NCBI GenBank assembly: GCA_033764955.1
Contig: JANRIL010000040.1
Location: forward strand, 1-64,000
DNA: 64,000 nt
Direction: 5' to 3'
DNA from: Cyanobacteriota bacterium
GTDB lineage: Bacteria > Cyanobacteriota > Cyanobacteriia > Thermostichales > Thermostichaceae
Made by a program: the position numbers and the translations under genes. The notes under the pieces are model-generated. The model had not been told where the DNA came from and did not search any database. It was given only the letters and a program-made list of their open reading frames with translations. Position 1 is the stretch's first letter; each line of letters starts with the position of its first letter. This document shows positions 1 through 10,305 of this stretch, in pieces.

Positions 1-39
1 ACAATTTGGACTAGCCGACCAACTTTTGCTATGGTGTTT

Positions 40-139
40 CCAAGTGGGGTTGGGCGTCGCCTCACTATAAAACGCGAAGTCCTGAAAAGGATGGAGAAGC
101 CCACACCGTATGTTTGCATCGGTGATGGGAGTACGTCAC
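40..139 (+). mobile_element. IS200/IS605-family (TnpB-associated) right-end remnant
   Basis: Subterminal hairpin CCCACACCG(100-108)/CGGTGATGGG(120-129) followed by AGTACGTCAC ending at 139. The upstream frame reads VGLGVASL, which I recall as resembling cyanobacterial TnpB C-termini. The Uma2 reading frame is cut exactly at 139/140. The rest of the element lies outside the window. Confidence 0.7.
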
Positions 140-619
140 GACAAATCAATCAATCTGCTGATCCAAAGTGCGCCAGACTATATACTCCTTCACTCCATGT
201 CGCTGATAAACCTCTTTTTTGCTGTGCAGATCATCAGAGGCACCACTGGTGGCTATCTCTACAATTAGATCGGGAGCACCTGTTAGATAGCCATCCTCAT
301 CAATGTGGATGGCACCACCCTCTCTAAACAGAACTACATCGGGTTGCACCTCATTATCTTCATCCAATCGTATAGTCGGTTCGATTCCCATCTGTAGCTC
401 AGGATGGTTAGATTGGTAGGTAAATAACCATCCAACGATCAGGCCATGCGGTTTACCATGAGACGTGAACCGTAAGGGAGATACCACGTAAACCACTCCT
501 TCGATCAGTTCCACTTTCTGGATTTTTGAGGCTATATATCGTTGATGAAATTCTGCACGGCTCAAGCGATCGCCATTTTCAAAAATCCTGTGGGCAGAGA
601 GGGAAGAGGTGCTAACCAT
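140..619 (-). pseudogene. Uma2/DUF820 family endonuclease, truncated
   Basis: Uma2 motifs ELIEGVVY, QPDVVL, GAPDLIVEIA and GVKEYIVW. TGA at 146-148 replaces the expected Trp of QQIDW-FV; FV follows in frame, then the IS end. Confidence 0.85.
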
Positions 620-742
620 AGTGTTTTTAGGTTCTTTTAGGGTTTGAATTTACCAAAAATATGGATCCCTTTCTATCGTAGTTCGCCTGAACTCTATCTC
701 TAGTTTTAGAACCCATCACTGCTCACGTGGTTGATGGATAAT

Positions 743-1843
743 CTATTGGTTAAACCACCAGATCAGGATCCCGACCACAGCGATAGTGATCACAGTAGTC
801 AGAATAATTTTCCAAACACTCAGAGGGTGATCGCCTAACACTTCTCCGGTACGGGCATTCACCACTACTTGAAAGGTTTTGCCATGATAGCGGTAGCTAA
901 ATATCCAAACCGGCAGTAGTAAATGCTTGAAGGTAATCGCACTATAGGCAGTGGAAAGGTGGTGAATCCGCTGATCATCCCCGCCAATATCACCTCGAAC
1001 ATCCTGACGAATCACGGTTTCCATATCTTGCTTGGCTAACTCAAATCCTGCTTTCAAATCCGTTTGGTAGCGTTCCACCTTATAGCCAGCTAAATAAGCA
1101 GGTTCGTAGGATTTGAGGATCCCTTGATAATTCCAGGGTTCTAATTGTTTGAGTCGTTGATAATCCACCGATTGGGTAGCAGGAATTAAGACATCATCAA
1201 AGGTTCGCTGCACCTTGCCAGAAGCAGGATACCAGCGGGTTTTCTTGACTTGTCGTGTTTTTTGTTCGGTTTTACCGTCGTCATTAGTTTCGGTATAAGT
1301 TTCGGTTACATAATAATCTTCCCCTCGTTCCCCTCGATAATGGCTGATGGTATAGGCATCATAAGTCCAATAGGGCAAATAAACGCCCTGGATCCCTTCC
1401 GGTTGAGCGGCTTTTTTTAGATCGTTGGGAGCAAACCACTGCCCTCCCAACCACTTTTGAATATGCTGTTGACCTTGCTTACGATCAAAACCAAAGGGCA
1501 AAATTCCATTGGGTAACAAAGTTGCTGTGGCCGATTGGGGTTTTGTTTGGAGATGAGTGCCACAAAAGGGACAATTGCCCGCCACTTGGGGGGGGGCAAA
1601 AGTGGTGATAGCACCGCAGCTAGGACAAGTTATTTCCAGAGCTTGCGGAGCTAGGGTTGCTAGCGTATCAGGGGCTAGCTGGAGATACTGTTCATAAGAC
1701 TTTTCCTCGACCTCTTCAGCCCGTTGTGGGATCCGATCCTCCCAACCACAGTGGGGACACTTGAGATTGCTGTGCTCTGGGTTGAAAGCAACATTTTTGG
1801 AACCGCATTGCGGGCAGGCAAAACTCTTGATATCAGCCGTCAT
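743..1843 (-). CDS. Zinc-ribbon domain membrane-anchored protein
   Basis: Four CPxCG knuckles, a GVYLPYWTYD motif, VVNARTGEV and a C-terminal TM helix; 366 aa. Confidence 0.8.
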   Translation of the reverse strand: MTADIKSFACPQCGSKNVAFNPEHSNLKCPHCGWEDRIPQRAEEVEEKSYEQYLQLAPDTLATLAPQALEITCPSCGAITTFAPPQVAGNCPFCGTHLQTKPQSATATLLPNGILPFGFDRKQGQQHIQKWLGGQWFAPNDLKKAAQPEGIQGVYLPYWTYDAYTISHYRGERGEDYYVTETYTETNDDGKTEQKTRQVKKTRWYPASGKVQRTFDDVLIPATQSVDYQRLKQLEPWNYQGILKSYEPAYLAGYKVERYQTDLKAGFELAKQDMETVIRQDVRGDIGGDDQRIHHLSTAYSAITFKHLLLPVWIFSYRYHGKTFQVVVNARTGEVLGDHPLSVWKIILTTVITIAVVGILIWWFNQ

Positions 1844-2139
1844 AGCCGAGGGATCCCGGAGAAAGGGTCTCTTTTATCTTCCCATAGACAACCTGAAACT
1901 GATGCTGGCATATTGTCCAAGAGAGTCTTGAGGTGACGACTTTATTCTAGGAATCTTTTCCTGAAACTCTCATGGATAAAAGTTCACTAAAAAACTAGAT
2001 TGCCAAGTGCTGACATGGTAGTGAACAATTCAAAGAAAGATTTTGTTGCTTAAGTGTTTTAGCGAGATTTTTGGGTTGACTCCACACTATTTAGACAGAG
2101 CAAACACCGATTTTGAATGATCAATCCAATCCAGATGGC

Positions 2140-2856
2140 TTATGGTTCGGGATCGATCCCTTGGGAGCGCATCAATGCTTTAAGCTGCTCCAATTGTTGC
2201 TGGAATTGCTCGGCTCGTTGCCGCTCCTGCTCAGCCCGTTGTCGTTCTACCTCTTCTGGCAAAGGGATCAACTCTCCTTGTGCTGTAAACCAGCGCAACT
2301 TCTGCTCATGGATCCCCAACTGCAATCCCAACTGCTCACTAGGTAAGCGCCCCGCTTCGGTTGGCTCAATGGGCTGATAATAGCCATCTATGAGACGGAA
2401 TCCAGCAAACTCTAAGGTTTCGGGATGAAACCAATAGTATTCTGGCAGCCGCCAGATCTCTTGATAAAGGGTTTTCTTAGCTCCTCTATCAACTTTAGCC
2501 GTTGAGCGTGAGAGGAGTTCAATCACCACATTGGGATATTTGCCGCCTTCATCCCAAATGGCCCAACTGCGGCGCTCCTTTTTTTCGGTGCCTAAGACTA
2601 CGAACACATCTGGGCCACGAAAGTCCCGCGATTTCAACTGCTGAAGGTTGTAATAAACTGTCAGATTGCCGGAAATATAAAAGTCCTGGCGCTCCCGCCA
2701 CCAATACTGCAACAGGCGAATCAGCAAGTCAATCTGATGGCGGTGAAAATCACTTTCCAAGGGAGGCTCATCACTATACAGGTTGCTGGGTGGCAGGATC
2801 ATCTCCTCAGGACTATCGCTGCCCATAATAGGGGGATGATTATCCAGACGAACCAT
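2140..2856 (-). CDS. Uma2/DUF820 family endonuclease
   Basis: SDEPPLES, FRGPDVFVV, YPNVVIELLS; C-terminal ERQRAEQ repeats. Confidence 0.9.
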   Translation of the reverse strand: MVRLDNHPPIMGSDSPEEMILPPSNLYSDEPPLESDFHRHQIDLLIRLLQYWWRERQDFYISGNLTVYYNLQQLKSRDFRGPDVFVVLGTEKKERRSWAIWDEGGKYPNVVIELLSRSTAKVDRGAKKTLYQEIWRLPEYYWFHPETLEFAGFRLIDGYYQPIEPTEAGRLPSEQLGLQLGIHEQKLRWFTAQGELIPLPEEVERQRAEQERQRAEQFQQQLEQLKALMRSQGIDPEP

Positions 2857-3032
2857 AGCGGCGGGATCCCTTGAGACTGGTTTTAGTATAGCTGGAGGCG
2901 AAAACCTGCCTATCTTCCGTGAGGGGACTAACCGACTTGCTCAAGATCCGGCTTTGGGATGACACTGCTTATGAGTCTTCCATGCATTTCCCTGTTTCGT
3001 CTCACGCTCAGGCTGAGGATCGGCGCAATCCT

Positions 3033-4181
3033 GTGTATTTACGCTCCCTGCATCTGCGGCATTTCCGCAACTATGGCGATCAGATCATTACGCTCCCTTC
3101 TCCCAAAACCATTCTGCTGGGGGACAATGCCCAGGGCAAAACCAATCTACTAGAAGCGGTAGAGCTGCTTACCACCCTCAAGTCCCGCCGATGCAGCCGC
3201 GATCACGAACTTGTGCAAACCTCCCATGGCCACGCCCAAATTACCGCCACTGTGGATCGCCTCGCGGTTTCCCATGACTTGATCCTCGATCTCCGCAGCA
3301 CTGGTCGGCGCAGCCTGCGTGTGAACGGATATCCTGTGCGGCGACAGGTGGACTTCCTGGGACAGGTCAACGCGGTCATGTTTTCCAGCCTGGATCTGCA
3401 ATTGGTGCGGGGAGGCCCAGAAGTCCGCCGCGACTGGTTGGATGATGTCTTGATTCAACTGGAACCTGTGTATGTGGATTTGTTGGAAACCTATCGACGG
3501 ATCTTGAAGCAGCGTAATGCTCTCCTCAAAACTGAACGGGAGGGGGGATCCCTCTCCTCAGCAGAAGTGACCACCTGGGATCACGAGCTAGCCCATGCTG
3601 GCACGCGGCTGATGCGACGGCGAGCCAGACTGATCGAACGTATCCATCCCCTCGCCCACCATTGGCATCAAGCCATCAGTGGTGGACAAGAAGCTCTGAC
3701 CCTTCGCTACAAACCTCAAGTGCCCTTCTCGCCCCTCAGCCAAGACCCCTCCGCCATCCAAGCTACCTTTTGGGCTGAGATGCAAGCCAAGCGACCAGCA
3801 GAAATCGCCCTTGGTACTTCGCTCGTGGGCCCTCACCGCGATGATCTGGAGATGCAGATTAACCAGGTGGCCGCTCGTTCCTACGGATCACAGGGACAAC
3901 AGCGCACCCTAGTGTTGGCGCTCAAACTGGCGGAGTTAGAACTCATCGAACAGGTGCAAGGGGATCCCCCGCTGTTGCTGTTGGATGACGTGCTGGCGGA
4001 ACTGGATCTGCACCGTCAGGATCACCTGCTCAATGCCATTCAAGATCGTGTGCAAACCCTCGTCACCACCACTCACCTGGGATCCTTTGATGCCCGTTGG
4101 TTGCAGTCCGCACAAATTTTGCAGGTGCGGCAGGGGCAGATTTATCCCGCCGCCGCCGCCTTCCCTCATCCACTAGACTAG
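3033..4181 (+). CDS. recF: DNA replication/repair protein RecF
   Basis: GTG start then YLRSLHLRHFRNY; Walker A GDNAQGKTN; GPHRDD; GSQGQQR; LLLDDVLAELD. Confidence 0.97.
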   Translation: MYLRSLHLRHFRNYGDQIITLPSPKTILLGDNAQGKTNLLEAVELLTTLKSRRCSRDHELVQTSHGHAQITATVDRLAVSHDLILDLRSTGRRSLRVNGYPVRRQVDFLGQVNAVMFSSLDLQLVRGGPEVRRDWLDDVLIQLEPVYVDLLETYRRILKQRNALLKTEREGGSLSSAEVTTWDHELAHAGTRLMRRRARLIERIHPLAHHWHQAISGGQEALTLRYKPQVPFSPLSQDPSAIQATFWAEMQAKRPAEIALGTSLVGPHRDDLEMQINQVAARSYGSQGQQRTLVLALKLAELELIEQVQGDPPLLLLDDVLAELDLHRQDHLLNAIQDRVQTLVTTTHLGSFDARWLQSAQILQVRQGQIYPAAAAFPHPLD

Positions 4182-4212
4182 AAAGCAAAAGCTGGGAACC
4201 GGAGAGTGCCCC

Positions 4213-4992
4213 ATGATCCCCAAAACTATCCCCGGCGTATCGCCCCCCATCCAACCCGATTGGATCCCCGATCCGGAATGGGATCCCCCCCTGCCGCCGC
4301 AAAACCTGATTTTTGATGACGGAGAACCTTTGGAAACCCATCGTCACCGCTTAGCTATGAACGTCTTGATTGAGTCGATTTATCAAGCGTGGCCGGATCG
4401 TTCCGACTTCTTTGCGGGAGGCAATATGTTTGTCTACTACAGCGAAGACCAGCAAATGAATCGCGATTTTCGTGGGCCGGATGTTTTTGTGGTCTTAAAT
4501 GTGGACGGCAAACGCCCGCGCAAAGGTTGGGTGACCTGGCAGGAACAAGGGCGCTACCCTGATGTGATTGTGGAACTGATCTCTCCCACTACCGAAAAAG
4601 CCGATTTGGGAGAAAAAAAAGATCTCTACGAGCAAACCTTCCGAACTCGTGATTACTTTGTTTTTGACCCCTACGAACCCCAGTCCCTAGCTGGGTGGCA
4701 ACTGAATGGCGATTCTCTTTATCAGCCGATTGTCCCTAACCCGCAGGGCTGGCTATGGAGCCGCCGCCTAGAACTTTGGCTGGGTCTCTGGCATGGAGAA
4801 ATCCTCCGCGAAGAGGCAGACTGGTTGCGGCTTTATCGTCAGGATGGCAGTTTAGTGTTGTTGCCTTTTGAGGAAGCTCAGCAGGAACGACAACGAGCCG
4901 AGCAAGAGCGTCAGCGAGCCGACCAGGAACATCAGCGAGCCGAACGGTTAGCCGAACGGTTACGGGCTTTGGGTCTAGACCCAGAGCAATGA
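4213..4992 (+). CDS. Uma2/DUF820 family endonuclease
   Basis: DDGEPLET, FRGPDVFVV, YPDVIVELIS; ERQRAEQ tail. Confidence 0.9.
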   Translation: MIPKTIPGVSPPIQPDWIPDPEWDPPLPPQNLIFDDGEPLETHRHRLAMNVLIESIYQAWPDRSDFFAGGNMFVYYSEDQQMNRDFRGPDVFVVLNVDGKRPRKGWVTWQEQGRYPDVIVELISPTTEKADLGEKKDLYEQTFRTRDYFVFDPYEPQSLAGWQLNGDSLYQPIVPNPQGWLWSRRLELWLGLWHGEILREEADWLRLYRQDGSLVLLPFEEAQQERQRAEQERQRADQEHQRAERLAERLRALGLDPEQ

Positions 4993-5037
4993 TGGTAGAG
5001 CGCCATAGAAACTCAAACCGTAGGGATCCCCAAACAT

Positions 5038-6036
5038 ATGTCAATGCAAGCATGGGTGCTGGATCAACCGGGATCCCCTTCTTCTCTACGTCTGGCAGAA
5101 GTCCCCCGTCCTCAGCCTCTTCCCCACCAAGTACAGGTCAACGTTTATGCCGTCGGGCTAAATCCGGTTGACTATAAGTTAGCCGCCACTGGACATCCTA
5201 ACTGGGCTTATCCCTTCATCTTGGGGCTAGATGTGGCTGGCGTAATCAGCGACATCGGCTCGGCGGTTACCGATTGGCAGGTTGGGGAGGCGGTTTATTA
5301 CCACGGGGATCTTTCCCAGCCGGGGGGTTTTGCCGAATATGCCCTGACAACCGCGCATACCCTTGCCCCTCTCCCCGGTGGTCTGAGTTATCCGGCGGCG
5401 GCAGCGGTTCCCTGTGCTGGTTGGACGGCTTATCAAGCGCTGTATCGCAAGCTACACATTCAAGCTGGACAAACCATCCTGGTGCATGGGGGAGCCGGAG
5501 GGGTGGGGGGATTTGCGGTGCAACTGGCGGCTTTGGCAGGCTTGCGGGTATTCTCTACCTGCTCGACCCACAACCATGACTACGTGCGCGGTCTAGGGGC
5601 GGCTGAAGTGATCGACTATCGCCATGAGGACGTAGGGGCACGGGTACTGGACTTAACCGATGGGCGGGGTGTGGATGCGATTGTGGATACGGTGAGTAGA
5701 GCCAGTGCTACGGCTGGGTTGCACTGGTTGGCTTATGGGGGAGGTATAGCCTGTGTGGCCGATCTGCCGGATATCGAGCAAATTCCCCCTTTCACCAAAG
5801 CCTTTTCGGTACATGAGATTGCCTTGGGAGCCGCTCACCTCTCCGGGGATCCCTTGGCTCCGTTGGATTTAGCCCGCATGGGACGGGAGATGGGATCCCT
5901 CCTCACTCAGGGCAAAATCTCTCCGATGCTCGAACAGGTGGTTGATTTTCAAGGGATCCCGACCGCTCTAGAACATTTGGCTCATCATCACCCTCGAGGT
6001 AAAATAGTCGCCCAACTCGTGACAACCACCGACTGA
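5038..6036 (+). CDS. MDR-family NADPH:quinone oxidoreductase-like dehydrogenase
   Basis: GLNPVDYK, ILGLDVAG, GGAGGVG, GKIV. Confidence 0.9.
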   Translation: MSMQAWVLDQPGSPSSLRLAEVPRPQPLPHQVQVNVYAVGLNPVDYKLAATGHPNWAYPFILGLDVAGVISDIGSAVTDWQVGEAVYYHGDLSQPGGFAEYALTTAHTLAPLPGGLSYPAAAAVPCAGWTAYQALYRKLHIQAGQTILVHGGAGGVGGFAVQLAALAGLRVFSTCSTHNHDYVRGLGAAEVIDYRHEDVGARVLDLTDGRGVDAIVDTVSRASATAGLHWLAYGGGIACVADLPDIEQIPPFTKAFSVHEIALGAAHLSGDPLAPLDLARMGREMGSLLTQGKISPMLEQVVDFQGIPTALEHLAHHHPRGKIVAQLVTTTD

Positions 6037-6154
6037 GGCCATTACCGATCATCCAGAGCCTATAGGCATAGCGCTTGCCGTAGCAGCCATATTGAGGGCA
6101 GGTACAGTAGGTTAAGAAGATATCTTTTTGATCGGTGCTATTTAGGTTCTTTCC

Positions 6155-7693
6155 ATGCAGTTTCAAATCGCCACCTTACCCCTACCTTCCTGGAAAGGGG
6201 ACTGTGCCATTTTATTTGGGGTTGCTCCCGTTGGGGATCCGGCTCCTGCCTTTACTTTGCCTGCTTCCCTCACCCATCTGGATGAGACTCTCTGGGGGGG
6301 AGCCTTGATCGAGGTCATTCAAGACCATAACTTTCAGGGAAAAGCAGCGAGTGTGATTGCCACCCGCACGGGAGCCGATATTCGCAAGCTTGTGTTAGTG
6401 GGTTTGGGGGATCCGACGCAACTTACCCTAGAAGGGATCCGCCGCGCCACCGCTGCCGGATTGCGGCAAGCCCACAGTTTGAAAGCTAAACAGGTGTCTC
6501 TCCTCCTCCCCGACACGGCGTTACCCCTAACCCAGGTGGTACGGGCTATGACCGAGGCGGGCTTGCTGGTGGCTCATCAGGATCAACGTTTCAAATCGAG
6601 CAAAGGCACGGAATCGAATGGCTTCACAGTTCAAACTGCCACGATTCTCCTGCCTGATGCCTCTGATCATGACCTAGCGGGGGCAGCCGCCGCCCTGCAA
6701 GAGGCAAACCCCATTGCGGCGGGGACGATCCTGGCTCGTGAACTGGTGGCTGCCCCCGCCAATATTGTGACTCCTATTACCCTGGCTCAAACCGCCCGCG
6801 ATCTGGCTCAGCAGCAGGGGATGGATGTGGAAGTTTTGGGCTACGAAGAGTGTGCCGCTTTGGGGATGGGGGCGTTTTTGGGGGTTGCCCAAGCCTCAGA
6901 CTTACCGCCGCAATTTATTCACCTTACCTATCGCCCAGATGGGGATCCCCTGGGGAAAGTGGCTTTGATTGGTAAGGGATTAACCTTTGACTCCGGCGGG
7001 CTCAACATCAAAACCGACTCCCGCAGCATCGCCATGATGAAAACGGATATGGGAGGAGCCGCTGCTGTTTTGGGGGCAGCCCACGCCATCGCCGCTCTCA
7101 AGCCCAAACTGGAGGTGCATTTTATTGTGGCGGCCACCGAAAATATGATCAGTGGTCATGCCATCCATCCGGGAGATATTTTGACCGCCTCTAACCAAAA
7201 AACCATTGAGATCAACAACACCGATGCCGAAGGTCGCCTTACCCTAGCAGACGCCCTAGTGTTTGCCGAGAAACTGGAGGTGGATGCCATCGTTGATCTG
7301 GCCACTCTGACGGGAGCCTGTGTGATTGCCCTCGGTGAAGAAATTGGTGGATTGTTTAGTCCTAACGATGCTCTTGCCCAGCAAATTCAGGCAGCCTCTC
7401 AACGGTCGGGAGAGAAGCTGTGGCGAATGCCGATGGAGGAGGGCTACTTTGAAGGGCTGAGTTCGGGGGTGGCGGATATGAAAAATACGGGACCCCGTCC
7501 GGGTGGGTCGATCACTGCTTCCCTTTTTCTCAAGCAATTCGTCAACAAAACTCCCTGGGCACACCTGGATATTGCTGGACCAGTTTGGTCGGAGCGGGAT
7601 CATGGCTATATCAACAAAGGAGCGACGGGCTTTGGGGTGCGGCTCTTAGTGGAATGGGTAATGGCACGGCAAACCATGCCTCAATCGGCCTAA
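6155..7693 (+). CDS. pepA: Leucyl aminopeptidase (M17)
   Basis: GKGLTFDSGG, MKTDMGG, NTDAEGRL, WAHLDIAG. Confidence 0.97.
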   Translation: MQFQIATLPLPSWKGDCAILFGVAPVGDPAPAFTLPASLTHLDETLWGGALIEVIQDHNFQGKAASVIATRTGADIRKLVLVGLGDPTQLTLEGIRRATAAGLRQAHSLKAKQVSLLLPDTALPLTQVVRAMTEAGLLVAHQDQRFKSSKGTESNGFTVQTATILLPDASDHDLAGAAAALQEANPIAAGTILARELVAAPANIVTPITLAQTARDLAQQQGMDVEVLGYEECAALGMGAFLGVAQASDLPPQFIHLTYRPDGDPLGKVALIGKGLTFDSGGLNIKTDSRSIAMMKTDMGGAAAVLGAAHAIAALKPKLEVHFIVAATENMISGHAIHPGDILTASNQKTIEINNTDAEGRLTLADALVFAEKLEVDAIVDLATLTGACVIALGEEIGGLFSPNDALAQQIQAASQRSGEKLWRMPMEEGYFEGLSSGVADMKNTGPRPGGSITASLFLKQFVNKTPWAHLDIAGPVWSERDHGYINKGATGFGVRLLVEWVMARQTMPQSA

Positions 7694-7756
7694 CCCCTTT
7701 TCACAGGTGAATTCAGCACTTTTTGGATCCCTCAGCAGTTATTTCGATTGTTTCGA

Positions 7757-7804
7757 TCCAGACCTGACCAACCCCTCTCCCACTTTGGAGGAGGGGGGTC
7801 TGGA
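7757..7804. repeat. REP-like GC-rich palindromic repeat
   Basis: TCCAGACC/GGTCTGGA outer stem with an inner CCCCTCTCC/GGAGGAGGGG stem, downstream of pepA. Confidence 0.6.
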
Positions 7805-7826
7805 ATCAACAACAATCTCCCACTGT

Positions 7827-7920
7827 TATAGTCGTTCCCATTTAGTTTGAGAAACCCAAAATCTCTCAAAGCTTGGATATCAAGATTGAGGTGGTCGCAT
7901 TCTTATTTGGAATGACTATA
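7827..7920. mobile_element. IS630/Tc1-type MITE
   Basis: Imperfect terminal inverted repeats TATAGTCGTTCCCATTTAGTTTGAGA versus TATAGTCATTCCAAATAAGAATGCGA (reverse complement of the right end); TA at both ends; no coding capacity. Confidence 0.7.
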
Positions 7921-7944
7921 TTTGAAACACCTATAAGTGTTCAT

Positions 7945-7965
7945 AAAAAAGCCCCCAGCGGGGGC
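7945..7965 (-). terminator. Intrinsic terminator of glnA
   Basis: Minus strand GCCCCC-GCT-GGGGGC followed by T6. Confidence 0.8.
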
Positions 7966-8020
7966 ACCAATTTATTTTTTCATTTCTACTCACTGAGAGG
8001 AAATCCACTAGCTCTGAGAA

Positions 8021-9442
8021 TTACGCATCAAAATAGAGCGCAAACTCGTAAGGATGAGGACGCAGGCTCATGGGGTTGATCTCGTTGTCAATCTTGTATT
8101 CGATATAGGCTTCGATCAAGTCCTCTGAGAAGACTCCTCCCGCCAACAAGAAATCATGATCCTTCTTCAGGTTCTCTAAGGCATCCAAGAGGGATCCGGG
8201 GGTAGAGGGCACCTTCGCCAACTCTTCTGGGGAGAGATCATAGATGTCCACATCCAAGGGATCCCCTGGCTCTATCTCATTTTTGATCCCATCCAAGCCC
8301 GCCAGCATCATGGCCGCAAATCCGATGTAGGGATTGCACATGGCATCAGGACAACGGAACTCCAACCGCTTGGCTTTGGGGCTAGTGCCCGTCACCGGAA
8401 TGCGGATGGAGGCGGAACGGTTGCCTTGGGAGTAAGCCAAGTTGACGGGAGCCTCAAATCCCGGAACCAATCGCTTATAGGAGTTGGTGGTGGGGTTGGT
8501 AAAGGCCAGTAGAGCGGGGGCGTGCTTGAGCAATCCACCGATATAGTTGAGGGCTAGCTTGCTCAAGTTGGCATAGCCATCGCCATAGAACAGGGGCTGT
8601 CCGTCTTTCCAGAGAGATTGGTGGGTGTGCATCCCCGTGCCGTTATCGTTAAACAAAGGCTTGGGCATAAAAGTGGCGGTTTTGCCGTGCTTGCGAGCCA
8701 CATTTTTGATGACATAGCGGTAGATCATCATGTAGTCGGCACATGGCACCAGGGGGGCAAAACGATAACCCAGTTCTGCCTGCCCGCCCGTCGCTACTTC
8801 GTGGTGATGCTTCTCGATGGGCACCCCCAATTTCTTCATGGTCAGCAACATCTCCGTGCGGATGTCCTGTTGAGAATCGGTGGGAGGCACCGGGAAATAG
8901 CCCTCTTTGTAGCGGGGCTTATAGCCAAGGTTGCCACCTGCTTCCTCCCGACCAGAGTTCCAACGCCCTTCAATAGAATCAACAAAGTAATAACCACTGT
9001 TTTGGGTTTGGTCAAAGCGGACATCATCAAAGATGAAAAACTCAGCTTCTGGGCCAAAATAGGCGACATCCGCAATACCCGTTTGTTGCAAATACTGAAC
9101 CGCGCGAGTGGCTAAACTGCGGGGACAGCGACTATAGGGACTGCCTGTGCGAGGCTCGATAATGCTACAAGTAAGGCTGAGGGTAGGAACTTCCATAAAG
9201 GGATCGATCCAAGCCGTGCTAGGATCCGGAACCATCGACATATCGGAATCATTGATGGCCTTCCATCCGCGAATACTGGAGCCATCAAAGGCCAACCCAT
9301 CAGTAAAGCTGGCCTCTTCGATCATGTCTGAATAAAAAGACACATGCTGCCAGGTGCCAAAAATATCGACGAACTTTAGATCCACCATCTCGATATTGTT
9401 GTCACGGATCATACTCAGCACGTCTTGGGGCGTGGATGCCAT
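8021..9442 (-). CDS. glnA: Glutamine synthetase type I
   Basis: [41 protein letters not shown] at 9442 has a purine-rich RBS. Confidence 0.98.
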   Translation of the reverse strand: MASTPQDVLSMIRDNNIEMVDLKFVDIFGTWQHVSFYSDMIEEASFTDGLAFDGSSIRGWKAINDSDMSMVPDPSTAWIDPFMEVPTLSLTCSIIEPRTGSPYSRCPRSLATRAVQYLQQTGIADVAYFGPEAEFFIFDDVRFDQTQNSGYYFVDSIEGRWNSGREEAGGNLGYKPRYKEGYFPVPPTDSQQDIRTEMLLTMKKLGVPIEKHHHEVATGGQAELGYRFAPLVPCADYMMIYRYVIKNVARKHGKTATFMPKPLFNDNGTGMHTHQSLWKDGQPLFYGDGYANLSKLALNYIGGLLKHAPALLAFTNPTTNSYKRLVPGFEAPVNLAYSQGNRSASIRIPVTGTSPKAKRLEFRCPDAMCNPYIGFAAMMLAGLDGIKNEIEPGDPLDVDIYDLSPEELAKVPSTPGSLLDALENLKKDHDFLLAGGVFSEDLIEAYIEYKIDNEINPMSLRPHPYEFALYFDA

Positions 9443-9531
9443 TCCTCTCTCCTTAGTAGTGGTAGTTGCTTGATCTGCCGTGTCCAGACGATCACAACGA
9501 AAGTTAGACAGGGAACAAAAATCGCTCACTC

Positions 9532-9574
9532 ATCCTAGTCAGGGGATCCCCTAAGCTTTTGTGCTTTTGAATAC
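9532..9574 (-). promoter_or_regulatory. NtcA-activated (class II) promoter of glnA
   Basis: Minus strand GTA-TTCAAAAG-CAC (9574-9561), 23-nt spacer, -10 TAGGAT (9537-9532). Confidence 0.8.
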
Positions 9575-9598
9575 AAAAGAATGGTCTTCCGCTTGGTT

Positions 9599-10228
9599 TT
9601 AGGGTTGCTTGGCCTGTTGCTGCTCGACTTCGCTCCACTGCTCAGGGGAATTCATGTCGGGACTCATTTGCCCAAAATTGGGGGGAAGCGCCTCACGGGT
9701 CAGGGGTTGCTCGATCATCAATCCCTCGCCGCCCAGGACGGTTAAGGCTTTTCCTTCCACCGACAACCAAACTTTGGCCTGGGGATTGTGGCTGGTGGCG
9801 GTGTAAAGGACTTGCGTGATCCGCCCCATCATGCTGGTGGAGCCACCCCCTGAGGTGAAGGCTTCGGAGAAGTTAAGAAAGATATCGTCCCCCTCCACTT
9901 TGATATCGAGCAAGCGGGTATCGGGGGGGAGAGTGGAGGATAGGTGCGCCTCTTGGGGGCCACGGATCAACTGGTCGAGGGCGGCTTGCAGGGCTTCGGC
10001 CAAATGGGCGGCTCGAAATGAGCGCTCTTGTTCCACATAATAAATTTGGTTGTCGTTGCTGGTCAGCCAATAGAGGGAGAGGGTCTGGCGGGGGCCAATA
10101 CTTAGCCACCACCCCGCGCTCATCAGGCCAATGCCCGCCACAAATCCCAGCAACGCCATCGGCAGAGGGGGCGAGCCTTTGGCCGGGATCCGTCGTGAGC
10201 GCGTGTCCACAGGATAGTTCATCGTCAT
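9599..10228 (-). CDS. GerMN domain membrane protein
   Basis: N-terminal TM helix; LNFSEAFTSGGGSTSM and QVLYTATS motifs. Confidence 0.85.
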   Translation of the reverse strand: MTMNYPVDTRSRRIPAKGSPPLPMALLGFVAGIGLMSAGWWLSIGPRQTLSLYWLTSNDNQIYYVEQERSFRAAHLAEALQAALDQLIRGPQEAHLSSTLPPDTRLLDIKVEGDDIFLNFSEAFTSGGGSTSMMGRITQVLYTATSHNPQAKVWLSVEGKALTVLGGEGLMIEQPLTREALPPNFGQMSPDMNSPEQWSEVEQQQAKQP

Positions 10229-10305
10229 GCCTCAACAAAAAAGCGGCTGGGGATCCCTCAGGATGGGGAGAGCAGCACCCTCAGGTGGGCTTTGTCTCCC
10301 TAGAT

